A stretch of 64,000 nt of DNA from Escherichia phage Cyrano: the sequence record OV696614; one strand, given 5' to 3'. Both the position numbers and the translations under genes were made by a program. Within the stretch, counting starts at the first letter, position 1. Every line of letters begins with the position of its first letter. This document shows, piece by piece, positions 20,214 through 30,330 of the stretch. The notes under the pieces are model-generated. The model did not search any database, was not told where the DNA came from, and was given only the letters and a program-made list of their open reading frames with translations.

Positions 20214-20645
20214 GTGAACACTGATATTTTTTCTAAAATCATGGCCGATCTGGAGTTCGACCGCGACAACCTTGAGGAAGTATGGCGTAAACAGCCACGG
20301 CTTTTAATGGAGTATGGGTCAAAACTAGCGCAGGCAGATCGAGATGTCGCAGAGGCAAAACTTAACCTTGAAGCTGTTGAAGCAAAGCTATACGACACAG
20401 AGCGTAAGAACTTGAGTATGAACGGCATTAAGTTCAACGAGTCTGTACTGGACGCTAAGGTTAAAACAAACCCACAGTATCTGTCTAAACGGCAGAAGTT
20501 GGATGAAGCACGGCACATCGCAGACATATACAAACATGCTGTCGCCGCCTTTTCGCATCGCCGAGACATGATCGTTCAGGCGTCAAAGATGGCCATCGTT
20601 GAATTAGAGCGATTAGGCTCTGAACGCTTTATTACTCCCCGTTGA
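20214..20645 (+). CDS. hypothetical protein
   Basis: 143 aa from a GTG; coiled-coil-like composition. Confidence 0.4.
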   Translation: MNTDIFSKIMADLEFDRDNLEEVWRKQPRLLMEYGSKLAQADRDVAEAKLNLEAVEAKLYDTERKNLSMNGIKFNESVLDAKVKTNPQYLSKRQKLDEARHIADIYKHAVAAFSHRRDMIVQASKMAIVELERLGSERFITPR

Positions 20646-20762
20646 TTTTTGATAGATAATAAGTAAGTACTGATCTATCATTTAACAGCTCGAAAGAGCC
20701 ACGAATGAACGAAAGCCCAACGCGCATAGCGCCATCGGCCAAATCACAACAAGGAGAAACAC

Positions 20763-21791
20763 ATGTCTAAGACATTACTTGATTTGCTTAACAAAACTCG
20801 TGAAGACATTGCCGCCAAACGTGGCAACAACGTTGATCTGACTCGCTTAAAAGACGGCGTCAACTATATCCGCATCTTCCCGAATAAAGACGACCCAAAC
20901 GGTAAGTTCTTCCAGACTTTCGGTATGCACTACGTTAAGTATCAGAACGAGGAAGGTAAAGAAGCAACCAACGCTTATATTTGTGAGCAACATACTCACG
21001 GTCGCGCTTGTCAGCTATGCGAAATGGTGATGGAAGGTCGCGCTCGTCACAAGGGTAACAAAGCAATGGAAGAACGCATCGGTCAAATGCGTGCCACTCC
21101 TCGCTACCTGGTCAACGGCATTCTTTCTGCTCGTGAGGATTTCGCAGATGCTGAGAAATGCCAGTTAATCGAGCTGCCGTCTACTGTATTCGATGATATC
21201 TGCAAAGCAATCACCGAAGACATCGCTGATGATATCGGCAATCCACTGAGCAAAGAGGAAGGCTACGCATTCCTGATTAAACGTACTGGCTCTGGTCGCG
21301 ATACCAAATATGACGTCTCGCCTAAGCGTAAAGTCTACAAAGGCGATATCGAAGATAAATTCTGGAACACCCAGCATGATCTGATCGCATACGCAAATCA
21401 GGCTGATGAAACTCGTCTTCTGTCGACAGTTCGCACTATGGGTCGTCTGATTGGCATCGCTGCACCAACTGCCGCAGCATCTGCACCAGCAATTTCCTCA
21501 ACCGCGAAAACATCGGCTGCGGCACTACCTGGATTTGGCTCTGTCACTGGTCATACAGAAGGAGCGACGGCTGTAGCAACCGCGCACACACCGGCTTCTG
21601 AACCAACCAGTCTGGTTGATGAAGAAATCCTCCGTGCCGTTGAAACTGAATTTAAACCAGAGGCAAGTTCCGCTGCCGTTGCCGTATCAGTCAAAGAGTC
21701 TGAAGCAGTCGCAGCGACATCTGTAGCAACCGCATCTGCGACGGAAGATGAAGGTCTGGATGACCTACTGAGAGAGCTGGACTCTCTGTAA
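20763..21791 (+). CDS. single-stranded DNA-binding protein, T4 gp32-like
   Basis: 342 aa; IRIFPNKDDP resembles gp32 N-terminal block; zinc motif CEQHTHGRACQLC; Ala/Ser-rich acidic C-terminal tail. Confidence 0.7.
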   Translation: MSKTLLDLLNKTREDIAAKRGNNVDLTRLKDGVNYIRIFPNKDDPNGKFFQTFGMHYVKYQNEEGKEATNAYICEQHTHGRACQLCEMVMEGRARHKGNKAMEERIGQMRATPRYLVNGILSAREDFADAEKCQLIELPSTVFDDICKAITEDIADDIGNPLSKEEGYAFLIKRTGSGRDTKYDVSPKRKVYKGDIEDKFWNTQHDLIAYANQADETRLLSTVRTMGRLIGIAAPTAAASAPAISSTAKTSAAALPGFGSVTGHTEGATAVATAHTPASEPTSLVDEEILRAVETEFKPEASSAAVAVSVKESEAVAATSVATASATEDEGLDDLLRELDSL

Positions 21792-21807
21792 TCCCATTAC
21801 GTGACCA

Positions 21808-21836
21808 GTAAGGCGTCTACGGACGCCTTACTTTTT
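21808..21836 (+). terminator. Rho-independent terminator after SSB gene
   Basis: taaggcgtctacggacgcctta hairpin then ctttttgg. Confidence 0.6.
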
Positions 21837-21851
21837 GGAAGGAATGTACCG

Positions 21852-22796
21852 GTGAATTATCTCTTCGTAGATGGCAATAGCCTGGGTTATTACCACCAAC
21901 AATCTGACAAATTGCACAACGGCGAAATGGAAGTACAGGCTGCTTTCGGCTTTGTTAAGAACGTCCGTCGTTATGCCTCCATCCTCCATGCCCGACCTAT
22001 GATTCTTTGGGATGGATTTAGTGACAAGCGTCGCGACTTTTACCCGGACTACAAGGCAAATCGCGACGACGATCCTGATATGAAAAAGATGAAGGAAGGC
22101 TTTGCTATCCAGAAGCCATACATCCTCAAAATGATGACCGCGCTTGGAGTTACCCAACTCATTGCAAAAGATGCAGAAGCGGATGATCTGGCCGGGCTGC
22201 TGGTATCCCGCATGGCACCGCAGCCAACCGTTGAACACATCTATCTGTTAACAGGCGATAGCGACTGGCTTCAGTTAGTTCGTGAAAACGTAAGCTGGGT
22301 AAGCCTGCGTGAAGACGCCAAAAACAAGCAGGTTAATTTTGAGCAATTTGCGGAGCTGACAGGATTCGCTACTCCTCGCGCATTTTTGGAAGCAAAAGCA
22401 TTACAAGGCGATAAATCGGACAACATTAGCGGTGTTGGTGGCATTGGTGCTGGCGGTGCGAAAGAGCTGCTGCATGAATGGGGAAGTGTCGCAACGATGG
22501 TACGCGGCATCAACGACGGCTCAATCGTGGTTGACAAAGGACGCCATAAGACCGCCTTCAACAAACTAGCGAAGAATGCCTTCAACGAGAAAACAGGCTG
22601 TCGAATGCTCGAAGCGTTCAAGAGAAACATCACGCTAATGAACCTGATTGAGACGAAGTTTCCGCCTACCGAAATCGAAACAATCAAAGGCAATCGTGAC
22701 GTGAAAGCATTCGAGCAACTGTGCTACGAGCTGAATTTCCGTTCGTTCCTTGAAGACCTTGAAGTGTTTGTTCTTCCATTCGAAAGGTATTGCTAA
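21852..22796 (+). CDS. 5'-3' exonuclease / flap endonuclease (RNase H-like, FEN family)
   Basis: Start moved to GTG 21852 behind GGAAGGA RBS because track start 21801 lies inside the terminator hairpin; NYLFVDGNSLGYY, GDSDWLQLV and KSDNISGVGGIG motifs. Confidence 0.8.
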   Translation: MNYLFVDGNSLGYYHQQSDKLHNGEMEVQAAFGFVKNVRRYASILHARPMILWDGFSDKRRDFYPDYKANRDDDPDMKKMKEGFAIQKPYILKMMTALGVTQLIAKDAEADDLAGLLVSRMAPQPTVEHIYLLTGDSDWLQLVRENVSWVSLREDAKNKQVNFEQFAELTGFATPRAFLEAKALQGDKSDNISGVGGIGAGGAKELLHEWGSVATMVRGINDGSIVVDKGRHKTAFNKLAKNAFNEKTGCRMLEAFKRNITLMNLIETKFPPTEIETIKGNRDVKAFEQLCYELNFRSFLEDLEVFVLPFERYC

Positions 22797-23062
22797 TGCT
22801 TAAATCGATTATTAATGGCGCTACAACCACCCCCACCCAACTGGCAAAAGAGATTGTCTTTTATCACGGTGAGTACGCTGTCATCGCACTGCCGTCAATT
22901 CTAGGCGCTGCCGGAATGAAAGCGACAGATCGCGAGTTTGGATTAGTCAGCGAGCAGGTCGTAAAAATCCTCGCTCGTGTATCCAGACTCCTTAATCACG
23001 ATGCGATTGTATTCGACGAATCCGCCGCTTTAAAACGAATCAACGAAACAAAAGGAGCCTGA
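22790..23062 (+). CDS. hypothetical protein
   Basis: 90 aa; translationally coupled between FEN and RecA-like genes. Confidence 0.4.
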   Translation: MLMLKSIINGATTTPTQLAKEIVFYHGEYAVIALPSILGAAGMKATDREFGLVSEQVVKILARVSRLLNHDAIVFDESAALKRINETKGA

Positions 23063-23064
23063 TC

Positions 23065-25404
23065 ATGGCAAAAGGAAAATCCGCACTGGCACTTGCTCTG
23101 AAAAAGAAAATCGGTAGCAACGACGAAATTCAGAAAGTAACTCATTGGATTGACACAGGCTTTCCTCCGTTAAACAAAGCTATTTCCGGTCGTTACGATG
23201 GCGGTTTCCCATGTGGTCGTATCGTAGAAGTATTCGGGCCACCAAGCGCGGGGAAATGTGTTACCGCAGACACCATGCTGCTGACGGAGCGTGGAATGGT
23301 AACAGTGAAAGAACTGTTTGAGATTGAGGGGCACAAAGCAACATGCACTACTCGCGATGTAGAGCATAACGTTGGACTCATCAATGAAAATGGCGTGATA
23401 GAGAAGACCTCACACCTGACATGGAACAACCGTCGCAAATTCAAGCGTATTAAGCTGGCATCAGGCGGTTATATCGAGGCTACGTTCCGTCACCCAATCC
23501 GTGTGGTTGACGACTTAGGTAATGTCGTCTGGCGACATGCTGAAAAAATCAGTGTAGGCGACACGATTCCTTCAATGGTTGGCACACATCAATTCGGCGA
23601 TCAGCACCTGGATGCCAATATCGCAAAACTGATGGGCTATTTAATTGCTGACGGATACGTGGCCTCTGAAAATTCAGTGAATTTTTCTAACACAGATCCT
23701 TTCATCAAGGATGAGTACTACCGCCTCATTTCGCTGGTATCAGACAAGATGCCAGTTACGAGAAAACATAACGGCTCGGAAGACCATGTGCTGTTTAGCA
23801 AAGAGGTGCGTTCGCTGCTTTTTAAAGAGTATGGTCTGGAGTATGAGAAAGCTGCTGGCAAGCAGGTTCCGTTGAGTGTGCGTCGCGCCAATAGCGAGGC
23901 TCAAATTGCATTCCTTCGCGGCTACTTTGAGCTGGAATGCCACGTCAATGATGGTCGCTGCATTGAGGTTGTGAGCGCGAGTGGGCTGCTGCTACAGCAA
24001 ATTCGCCTCATGCTCCTGAATCTGGGGATTACGTCAACTATCTCTGAAAAACACGTCGCGGGTTATGAAAATACATATTACCGGCTGTCATTCAGTGGCT
24101 CTAATTACGACCTTTTTCTGTCAACGATTGGTTTCGAATCTCCGGCACGTTTATCAGTGGCAACCAAACGGGACATTGGTTTTGACCGCACTTACTCAGG
24201 CTATGTTCCGCACATCAGCGGCTTAGTGAAATCACTCTACGAGTCGCTCACCAAGACCACCCGTGAAGACTACGCTCTGGTAGACCACGTTATTGGCCGC
24301 GGCGATCGTGTCGGAATAGACAAACTGCGAGAAATCTATGTCTCCTTCATTGGCAGAAAGAATCGTTTTAACGAGCATCTGTTTGCACAACTGGCAGCGG
24401 TAATTGGCTCTAACTTGTTCTACGACGAAGTCGTGGCTATTGAGGAAGGTGAAGCACCAACGTTCGACGTAGCGATGCCGGAAACACACTCTTTCTGGTC
24501 TAACGGGATTATCAGCCACAACACATTCCTTGCAACAGCAGCGATGATCTCCGCTCAAAAACAAGATGGTCTGGCGGTATTCCTCGATCATGAAAACAGT
24601 TTTGACGTTGGCCTGGCTGTAGCCAATGGCCTGAACGCAGATGAGGATGACGGTCAGTGGGTATACAAGCAGCCAGATACCTTCGAAGACTCTGTAGAGT
24701 TGATCGGCACAATACTTAAATTGGTTCGTGATGAAGAGCTTATCCCCGAATCAGCACCTATCTGTATCGTGGCTGACTCTCTTGCGTCTATGGTTCCGAA
24801 CTCCAAAGCCGAGAAGTTCGAAAAGATGGCTGAAGGCACTGCCAAAGACAAAGATCAGCTAAACATGAACGACAATACGGCACTGGCTCGTGCGACGAGT
24901 GCGAACTTCCCTACTCTGGCTTTGTGGGCACGCAAATACAACGCCTGCATCATCTTCTTGAATCAGGTTCGCACAAAAATCGGTGTAATGTTTGGCGACC
25001 CTACTACGTCGCCAGGTGGAGATTCACCGAAGTTTTACGCTTCTGTGCGCATCCGTCTCGGTGCATCGGTGATGAAGGATGGGAAAGAGAAGATCGGCCA
25101 GGACGTAGGCGCAGAATGCATCAAAAACAAAGTTGCACCACCGTATGGCAAATGCACCTGGAAATTCTACTTCGATCCTACTCGTGGCCTCGACGTTATC
25201 GAGTCGCTCGTCGAGTACATGCTGGAAGAAGGATACCTGCCAAAGAACGCCAGCGGGCGAGTTGAAATTGGTGACAAGAAATACACCAAATCGCAGATCG
25301 TCGACATGTATCGGGAGAAGCCATTAGCAGAAATCATTGCTGCGTTACAGGCGATAGATGACCGACGAGAGAAGACATCACCAACAGAAGAACTAGAAGA
25401 TTAA
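23065..25404 (+). CDS. recA: RecA-like recombinase interrupted by an intein
   Basis: 779 aa; extein GRIVEVFGPPSAGK..TFLATAAMISAQ resembles the RecA P-loop region GRIVEIYGPESSGKTT; 422-aa insertion inside the Walker A motif. Confidence 0.85.
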   Translation: MAKGKSALALALKKKIGSNDEIQKVTHWIDTGFPPLNKAISGRYDGGFPCGRIVEVFGPPSAGKCVTADTMLLTERGMVTVKELFEIEGHKATCTTRDVEHNVGLINENGVIEKTSHLTWNNRRKFKRIKLASGGYIEATFRHPIRVVDDLGNVVWRHAEKISVGDTIPSMVGTHQFGDQHLDANIAKLMGYLIADGYVASENSVNFSNTDPFIKDEYYRLISLVSDKMPVTRKHNGSEDHVLFSKEVRSLLFKEYGLEYEKAAGKQVPLSVRRANSEAQIAFLRGYFELECHVNDGRCIEVVSASGLLLQQIRLMLLNLGITSTISEKHVAGYENTYYRLSFSGSNYDLFLSTIGFESPARLSVATKRDIGFDRTYSGYVPHISGLVKSLYESLTKTTREDYALVDHVIGRGDRVGIDKLREIYVSFIGRKNRFNEHLFAQLAAVIGSNLFYDEVVAIEEGEAPTFDVAMPETHSFWSNGIISHNTFLATAAMISAQKQDGLAVFLDHENSFDVGLAVANGLNADEDDGQWVYKQPDTFEDSVELIGTILKLVRDEELIPESAPICIVADSLASMVPNSKAEKFEKMAEGTAKDKDQLNMNDNTALARATSANFPTLALWARKYNACIIFLNQVRTKIGVMFGDPTTSPGGDSPKFYASVRIRLGASVMKDGKEKIGQDVGAECIKNKVAPPYGKCTWKFYFDPTRGLDVIESLVEYMLEEGYLPKNASGRVEIGDKKYTKSQIVDMYREKPLAEIIAALQAIDDRREKTSPTEELED
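23257..24522 (+). mobile_element. Intein with LAGLIDADG homing endonuclease domain
   Basis: Begins with Cys right after GK of the P-loop, ends SHN followed by Thr that completes GKT; LAGLIDADG-like blocks LMGYLIADGYV and FLRGYFELECHV. Confidence 0.8.
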
Positions 25405-25409
25405 TTATC

Positions 25410-25434
25410 AGGCGTCCAAACGGACGCCTTTATT
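25410..25434 (+). terminator. Rho-independent terminator after recA-like gene
   Basis: aggcgtccaaacggacgcct hairpin then ttatt. Confidence 0.65.
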
Positions 25435-25497
25435 GTATGTTGAAAATGTATAAGCACTTACTTATCATTAGCACACAATAACCACATAGGAAAACAC

Positions 25498-25698
25498 ATG
25501 TTCAAACTCTATCTTATGGCAGTAGTTACAGGTCTATCTGTAGTTTTCATCTACTGTTTGCTGGTTCCGTCGCTGATCTCTGCTAAAAGCGACATTGCCG
25601 TAATGCTTGGAATCATCGTTGCTTTTGGTGCTCCTGTGATCGGGTTTATTGCAGGTCGTAAGTTTCTAAAGTCACTCATCAATTCGAAGGAGAAGTAA
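25498..25698 (+). CDS. small membrane protein (two predicted TM helices)
   Basis: 66 aa, hydrophobic; coupled to downstream SPFH gene. Confidence 0.5.
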   Translation: MFKLYLMAVVTGLSVVFIYCLLVPSLISAKSDIAVMLGIIVAFGAPVIGFIAGRKFLKSLINSKEK

Positions 25699-25701
25699 GT
25701 A

Positions 25702-26532
25702 ATGAAGAAAGGTTTACTTGCAGTTGCTCTGGCGGCTATTTGCACAATGGGTCTTACTGGCTGCGATCGCGTGGAGCCTGGATACGTTGGCATCAAAGTA
25801 AACAAATTAGGTGAAGACAAAGGGATTGGTGAAGTGGTTGGCGTTGGTCGCCAATGGACAGGTCTTAACACCGAACTTTACGTATTCCCGACCTTCAAAC
25901 AAATGAAGACCTACGACGAGCCGTTCACATTCCAGATGAGTGACGGTACTGCTATTGGTCACAAAATTGGCGTTGCGTATCTGGTTAATCGTGACAAGGT
26001 AACGACGGTGTTCCAGACCTATCGCAAAGGCGTAGACGATATCACCGAATCAGATCTGCGTCAGAAAATTGCCGACTCTCTAAACCGTTTGGCCAGCCGT
26101 ATGACCACTGACTCATTTATCGACGGTGGTAAGGCACAATTGCTGGACAACGCACTGAAAGATATTCAGAAAGAGATGTCTCCGGTTGGTATTGAGGTAC
26201 TGAGCCTGTCATGGGTTGGAAAGCCTGATTACCCAAAAACTGTCATTGAATCTATTAACGCCAAAGTAACGGCTAACCAGCGTACTCTGCAACGTCAGCA
26301 GGAAGTTGAACAACGTAAAGCTGAGGCGAATATGCTACGTGAACAGGCTAATGGTGAAGCTGATGCTATCCGTGCTCGTGCGCAAGCAGAAGCAGACGCC
26401 ATTCGTCTGCGCGGTGAAGCTCTGCGTCAAAACCCGAACGTTATGGAACTGGAAGCCATCAATAAATGGAATGGCCAGTTACCGCAGTACATGACTCAAG
26501 GGGCTAACACTCCTTTCATTACAGTGAAATAA
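25702..26532 (+). CDS. SPFH/band-7 family lipoprotein
   Basis: 276 aa; lipobox LTGC after signal peptide; C-terminal coiled coil rich in A/E/R/Q typical of stomatin/HflK-like proteins. Confidence 0.6.
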   Translation: MKKGLLAVALAAICTMGLTGCDRVEPGYVGIKVNKLGEDKGIGEVVGVGRQWTGLNTELYVFPTFKQMKTYDEPFTFQMSDGTAIGHKIGVAYLVNRDKVTTVFQTYRKGVDDITESDLRQKIADSLNRLASRMTTDSFIDGGKAQLLDNALKDIQKEMSPVGIEVLSLSWVGKPDYPKTVIESINAKVTANQRTLQRQQEVEQRKAEANMLREQANGEADAIRARAQAEADAIRLRGEALRQNPNVMELEAINKWNGQLPQYMTQGANTPFITVK

Positions 26533-26548
26533 CTCCCCTTAAAAGTTC

Positions 26549-26574
26549 AGGCGTCCAGTTGGACGCCTTTTTTA
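26549..26574 (+). terminator. Rho-independent terminator
   Basis: aggcgtccagttggacgcct hairpin then ttttttat. Confidence 0.65.
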
Positions 26575-26593
26575 TCGCAATTATCTTATTAAG

Positions 26594-26609
26594 AAAACAA
26601 TTTGTTTAA
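26594..26609. promoter_or_regulatory. Palindromic motif AAACAA-N-TTGTTT
   Basis: aaaacaatttgtttaa immediately after terminator, upstream of the 26747 gene. Confidence 0.4.
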
Positions 26610-26746
26610 AGGGTTAAGAAAATATAACAGCTATTAAGAAACTCTACGATGCCGCAAACGCGGCTCTGGATGTTATTGATGATGAAGTATCAAAAGGCTT
26701 TCCTGAACCTGATTGGGCGCATCAGCTACGAAACGCTATCGCCGAA

Positions 26747-27049
26747 ATGAATCCACCAGATCCGACCACCGAGGAGACAGACTGGCAGCGATTCATCCGT
26801 ATGTACGCTCAGGAAATAGGTCCAACGCCAACGGCAGAGCAGGCAATGCTGCTGAAATACTTCAAAGAGGCGGGAGAGGATTTACCAATTGATGACTCAG
26901 CATATTGGTTCCACTGCGCATGGCGTAAGTATGACGTGATATTCACACAAGGCATGGGAAGCAAAGATATGGTTGTGTGGCATCTACTCCATATAGACAC
27001 AGCCGTTGACAGAGTTATTGAACAGTTTTTCCCTAAACAAGAAGATTGA
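26747..27049 (+). CDS. hypothetical protein (start uncertain)
   Basis: 100 aa; about 40 in-frame stop-free codons upstream without an ATG, so start may be non-canonical. Confidence 0.35.
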   Translation: MNPPDPTTEETDWQRFIRMYAQEIGPTPTAEQAMLLKYFKEAGEDLPIDDSAYWFHCAWRKYDVIFTQGMGSKDMVVWHLLHIDTAVDRVIEQFFPKQED

Positions 27050-27104
27050 TCGCCTATTCATAACTAACAAAATAAGTAAACACTAACCACAAAAGGAAAA
27101 ACAC

Positions 27105-27380
27105 ATGAGAGTTTTAGTTCGAATCGTTACCAGCACTGTCTATGACGTGTTTCCGGTTTTTATGGTCAAAGCCGATGGCCTTAACGACGAAGAAACTGAC
27201 GCGCTGATCCAGCGTATTCTCGTTGAATATACAGGTCATGACGCTGATTCAGTGATGGTTGATGATGATGGTGTTTGTTGGCATAACGGCAACTGTTGGT
27301 ACGTAGAAGAGACTCAACAAATCAGTGATGAAGATGCCGAACATCTTGAGCGTATTTTAAGCATCAGCACTTTTGAGTGA
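27105..27380 (+). CDS. hypothetical acidic protein
   Basis: 91 aa; AAAAGGAAAAACACATG start context. Confidence 0.5.
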   Translation: MRVLVRIVTSTVYDVFPVFMVKADGLNDEETDALIQRILVEYTGHDADSVMVDDDGVCWHNGNCWYVEETQQISDEDAEHLERILSISTFE

Positions 27381-27595
27381 GTTTACAGTAAAATTTATAT
27401 AAGTTAGTATCTACCTATCATGAAGATTTTTATTGAATACTTGTTACTCATCGTTTCAATAGCTTTTGTCATCGACTGCATTTTCACTGGTGTCATTCGT
27501 AAAGTCTTTTCCCCGGTGCACGACGTAGTCATAAACGCTTTGGCTATCGTGCTCGTATTTAATTCAGCATTTGATGTAATCAAAGAGGTGGCAGC

Positions 27596-27931
27596 ATGAA
27601 GGCCATCCCATTCGCGCTGTTGTTCCTTTCTTCGATCGTTGTGGCCGACACCACTGTTTATCAGTGTGAAATGTCTGTAGCCGACGTTAAGAATGGCGCT
27701 CTTACCGACGTCATAAAAGCACCATATGGAGCGATGGTCGTAGACAGCGGCGACCAGTTCTATGTTGTGCGTGACGATCGAGTGTTGTCATCCCCATATC
27801 TCACAAATCGTAATGGCAAATTAACCGGCGTCGGAGAAGACCACTTCGTATACAACAAATACAAGGGCTTCTATGGCGTTCACGCTTCTCAGCAAAGCTA
27901 CCTTTTCGATGACTGCAAGGAGGTTGGATAA
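27596..27931 (+). CDS. secreted or periplasmic small protein
   Basis: 111 aa; N-terminal signal peptide MKAIPFALLFLSSIVVA. Confidence 0.5.
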   Translation: MKAIPFALLFLSSIVVADTTVYQCEMSVADVKNGALTDVIKAPYGAMVVDSGDQFYVVRDDRVLSSPYLTNRNGKLTGVGEDHFVYNKYKGFYGVHASQQSYLFDDCKEVG

Positions 27932-28143
27932 TGGCATTAACACTGGCAGGTCTGGAAATCGAGAAAACAAGCGGCTACTGGCGTGCCAAGGGTTTCAAGC
28001 AACCTGGCATTCTTGAGCGTCTGGAACGTGAAGATGGGTATATCGTCCACCAGCGGCGTGAATGGCGTATGTACAATCCAGAAACAGGAAAACTGACTAC
28101 AAAAGCCGGAACACTTTGGGGTCTGTTGAAGAAAATACACTAA
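27931..28143 (+). CDS. hypothetical protein
   Basis: 70 aa; coupled start. Confidence 0.35.
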   Translation: MALTLAGLEIEKTSGYWRAKGFKQPGILERLEREDGYIVHQRREWRMYNPETGKLTTKAGTLWGLLKKIH

Positions 28144-28150
28144 TAGCACC

Positions 28151-28634
28151 AACCACTGCGGTGAGTAGTCTGCTCACCGCATTCGTATCCAGCTCATTAT
28201 CCACTGTAGTCAGTAACAAAACCTTCCTACATATCTGCTAACCACTGTAGCGAGTAGACAGCCTTTCATTCGCATCAAACAACCACTATGGTGAGTATTG
28301 GAGTGAGATGTCCAGCGGGTATCCACTATGGTGAGTAAGCCTTTGCTGTTTTCAGTGGATATCCACTCGCCACAGTGGATACGCTCAAAGATGAGGGCGA
28401 CAACAACCACTATAGACAGTAAATTTTCCAAGATACCCAGTGACCACTAACCTCGCAGCCCTTGTTTCATCAGTGTTAGTGATCACTAACATTTAATTCA
28501 GTATTTGCATTCTACTGCCTACAGTGGTTATCAACAGATAACGATACTCACTATAGTGGATAGCGAATTACAGATATAAGTAAGGCTCACTACAGTGGAT
28601 AGTGAGCCTTACTACTAACTACAGTGGTTGGGCT
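28151..28634. repeat. Iteron array downstream of repA (incA-like copy-control region)
   Basis: About 7 copies of aaCCACTRYRGTGAGTA then about 4 inverted copies (ctacagtgg / cactatagtgg). Confidence 0.75.
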
Positions 28635-29688
28635 ATTTGCGAGTCTTTGCCTTGCGCAACTCTTCGAGAAGCGCCAGTTCTTCTTTACTCAACATGACCA
28701 TTTTGCCTTCTTTTTCGTCAGGCACAACGTCGATAATGTCATCTTGATTCTCATCTGGGAGGCTATATTCCGTCTCATCATTATCGATTTTTGTTGATAT
28801 TTGTGCCTGGCGTAACTTTGGCCGCCTATAGTGGATGACGAAGTAGACCGAGTTTCCGCGCTTAACTTCCGTGTAATCGAGATATCCTATCTCTCGCAGC
28901 TGTTCCATAGCCTTTCTTACCGTCGCATTCTGAGTAATAGTGCGACTTGTCAGATTAAGTCTGGCGCGTAAACGGGCTAGTGATATTGGTGCCGGATCAG
29001 GCGGCAAACTTTCAATAAAAGTATAAAGCGCCTGAGCGGATTCTTTTCTTGAGAGTTCGTTTATAGCCCGGAGTTGCAGAAGAACCTTTTTGTCGAACTG
29101 GTAGAGTTCGAAAATCTTGGGATCTGCTTTCAGTTCGACCGTATCGTGCTTGACACTATATTTTGCCGTTTGCACAAGATGCGTTACGTAAAACTCATCA
29201 GAGCCTTTGCTACGGAACGAGATGGTATTTGTGGCAATACGGCTTAGCGAACTGTCCAGGCGTTTGCGTAACTTCGCTGATGACCTGGCGGTCGGAATGC
29301 CACACAGCCTTACAAACTCAACGAACGGCAACGTGACAGTATCGCCAACGACCTTGTGTTTGGCAAACGCGTGGATTATTCCCACCCACGTTTTAAAGTC
29401 GTTATCCATATCAAGCCGAAGGCCAGAGATCCTTATGTCTTCGTACCCTTCGGCTTTTGCCAGAGACAGCTGTTTGAGTTCAGCAGAGGCATCCATAGAG
29501 ACCATTTGCCCCTTTCTTCCTCTGGATGTCGATTTCAGCGTCGGAACGAAGAGGCCCAGACGCATCAAAGCAACAGGCTGAACAGTGTTATTAGTGTTAG
29601 GAACCAACGTAACAACTTCGCCTGTCTTTTTATCTGTTTCTGAAAATGCTTCAACGATCGCTATGTTTTTATTGCCGTTTTCGCTCAT
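28633..29688 (-). CDS. repA: Plasmid replication initiator RepA (P1 RepA-like)
   Basis: 351 aa; flanked by iterons; blocks [54 protein letters not shown] match my recollection of phage P1 RepA. Confidence 0.8.
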   Translation of the reverse strand: MSENGNKNIAIVEAFSETDKKTGEVVTLVPNTNNTVQPVALMRLGLFVPTLKSTSRGRKGQMVSMDASAELKQLSLAKAEGYEDIRISGLRLDMDNDFKTWVGIIHAFAKHKVVGDTVTLPFVEFVRLCGIPTARSSAKLRKRLDSSLSRIATNTISFRSKGSDEFYVTHLVQTAKYSVKHDTVELKADPKIFELYQFDKKVLLQLRAINELSRKESAQALYTFIESLPPDPAPISLARLRARLNLTSRTITQNATVRKAMEQLREIGYLDYTEVKRGNSVYFVIHYRRPKLRQAQISTKIDNDETEYSLPDENQDDIIDVVPDEKEGKMVMLSKEELALLEELRKAKTRK

Positions 29689-29732
29689 TCCAAATGTCTC
29701 TTGTTATTCGACGGCTTTGGTGGCCTTTGCTG

Positions 29733-29856
29733 ATTACAGTGGATAGTAGCACTCATCACAGCGGTTATCCTACCGTCTATAGTGGTTTTTCTCCTCTCTA
29801 TAGTGGTTGCTTTGCTCCCTATAGTGGATTATTCGCTCTCTATAGTGGATATCGAT
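29733..29856. repeat. Iteron array upstream of repA (origin/incC-like)
   Basis: ctctatagtggWT units at about 22-bp periodicity. Confidence 0.75.
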
Positions 29857-29898
29857 CATGTCTGAAGGCAGATGGCACAACGGTTTGAGGTGGGCGGG

Positions 29899-29971
29899 GA
29901 TCTTATTGGGTCTTTATGGGTCTCTTTGGTTCTCTTTGTGATCTGAATTACTGGATCGGGCCTGTGGATAA
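29899..29971. promoter_or_regulatory. Origin core elements: GATC sites and DnaA box
   Basis: GATC at about 29899, 29940 and 29954; perfect DnaA box tgtggataa at about 29963-29971; AT-rich stretch follows at about 30040-30110. Confidence 0.6.
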
Positions 29972-30129
29972 AAATCAGAGGATTTCAAGAACAGGTAACT
30001 CTACTCTTCTGTGGATATTTAAGGACATAAGAATCATGACTAAGAGTAGAGTTTAAAATATATCTATGTATATCAGTATGTTAATGAAGAATTAAGTCAT
30101 TAAGTTATCCATAAAAGACAATGTGCTCT

Positions 30130-30235
30130 ACTCTCTACAGTGGATATATACAGCTCTCCAGAGTGGTTGTTTTACTCTTCATAGCGGTTATTCAGCTCTC
30201 TACAGAGGTTTCTTTGCTCTCCATAGTGGATGGCA
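30130..30235. repeat. Second iteron array on far side of origin
   Basis: Five units (ctctacagtgg, ctccagagtgg, cttcatagcgg, ctctacagagg, ctccatagtgg) at 22-bp spacing. Confidence 0.7.
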
Positions 30236-30272
30236 ACACCCTTTCAGACCAGTAACCGCAACGGCTAGAGGC

Positions 30273-30330
30273 GATCGGGGATCTCTTTGGATCTTCTATT
30301 TGATCTTACTTGGGATCTCTTATTTGGATC
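30273..30330. promoter_or_regulatory. GATC cluster (probable Dam/SeqA-controlled origin element)
   Basis: Six GATC within about 58 bp at 7-13 bp spacing, followed by a DnaA-box-like agtggataa. Confidence 0.6.

Noticed and set aside
21801-21851. Track start (GTG 21801) for the flap endonuclease gene
   Set aside because: The first 17 codons would span the terminator hairpin of the SSB gene; the GTG at 21852 has a GGAAGGA Shine-Dalgarno at proper spacing and begins at the conserved NYLFVDG block.
28151-30235. Repeat arrays that could be mistaken for a CRISPR array
   Set aside because: Units are 19-22 bp with very short, irregular spacers, occur in both orientations, and flank a Rep initiator gene with DnaA boxes and GATC clusters. 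These are plasmid iterons, not CRISPR repeats, and no cas genes are present.
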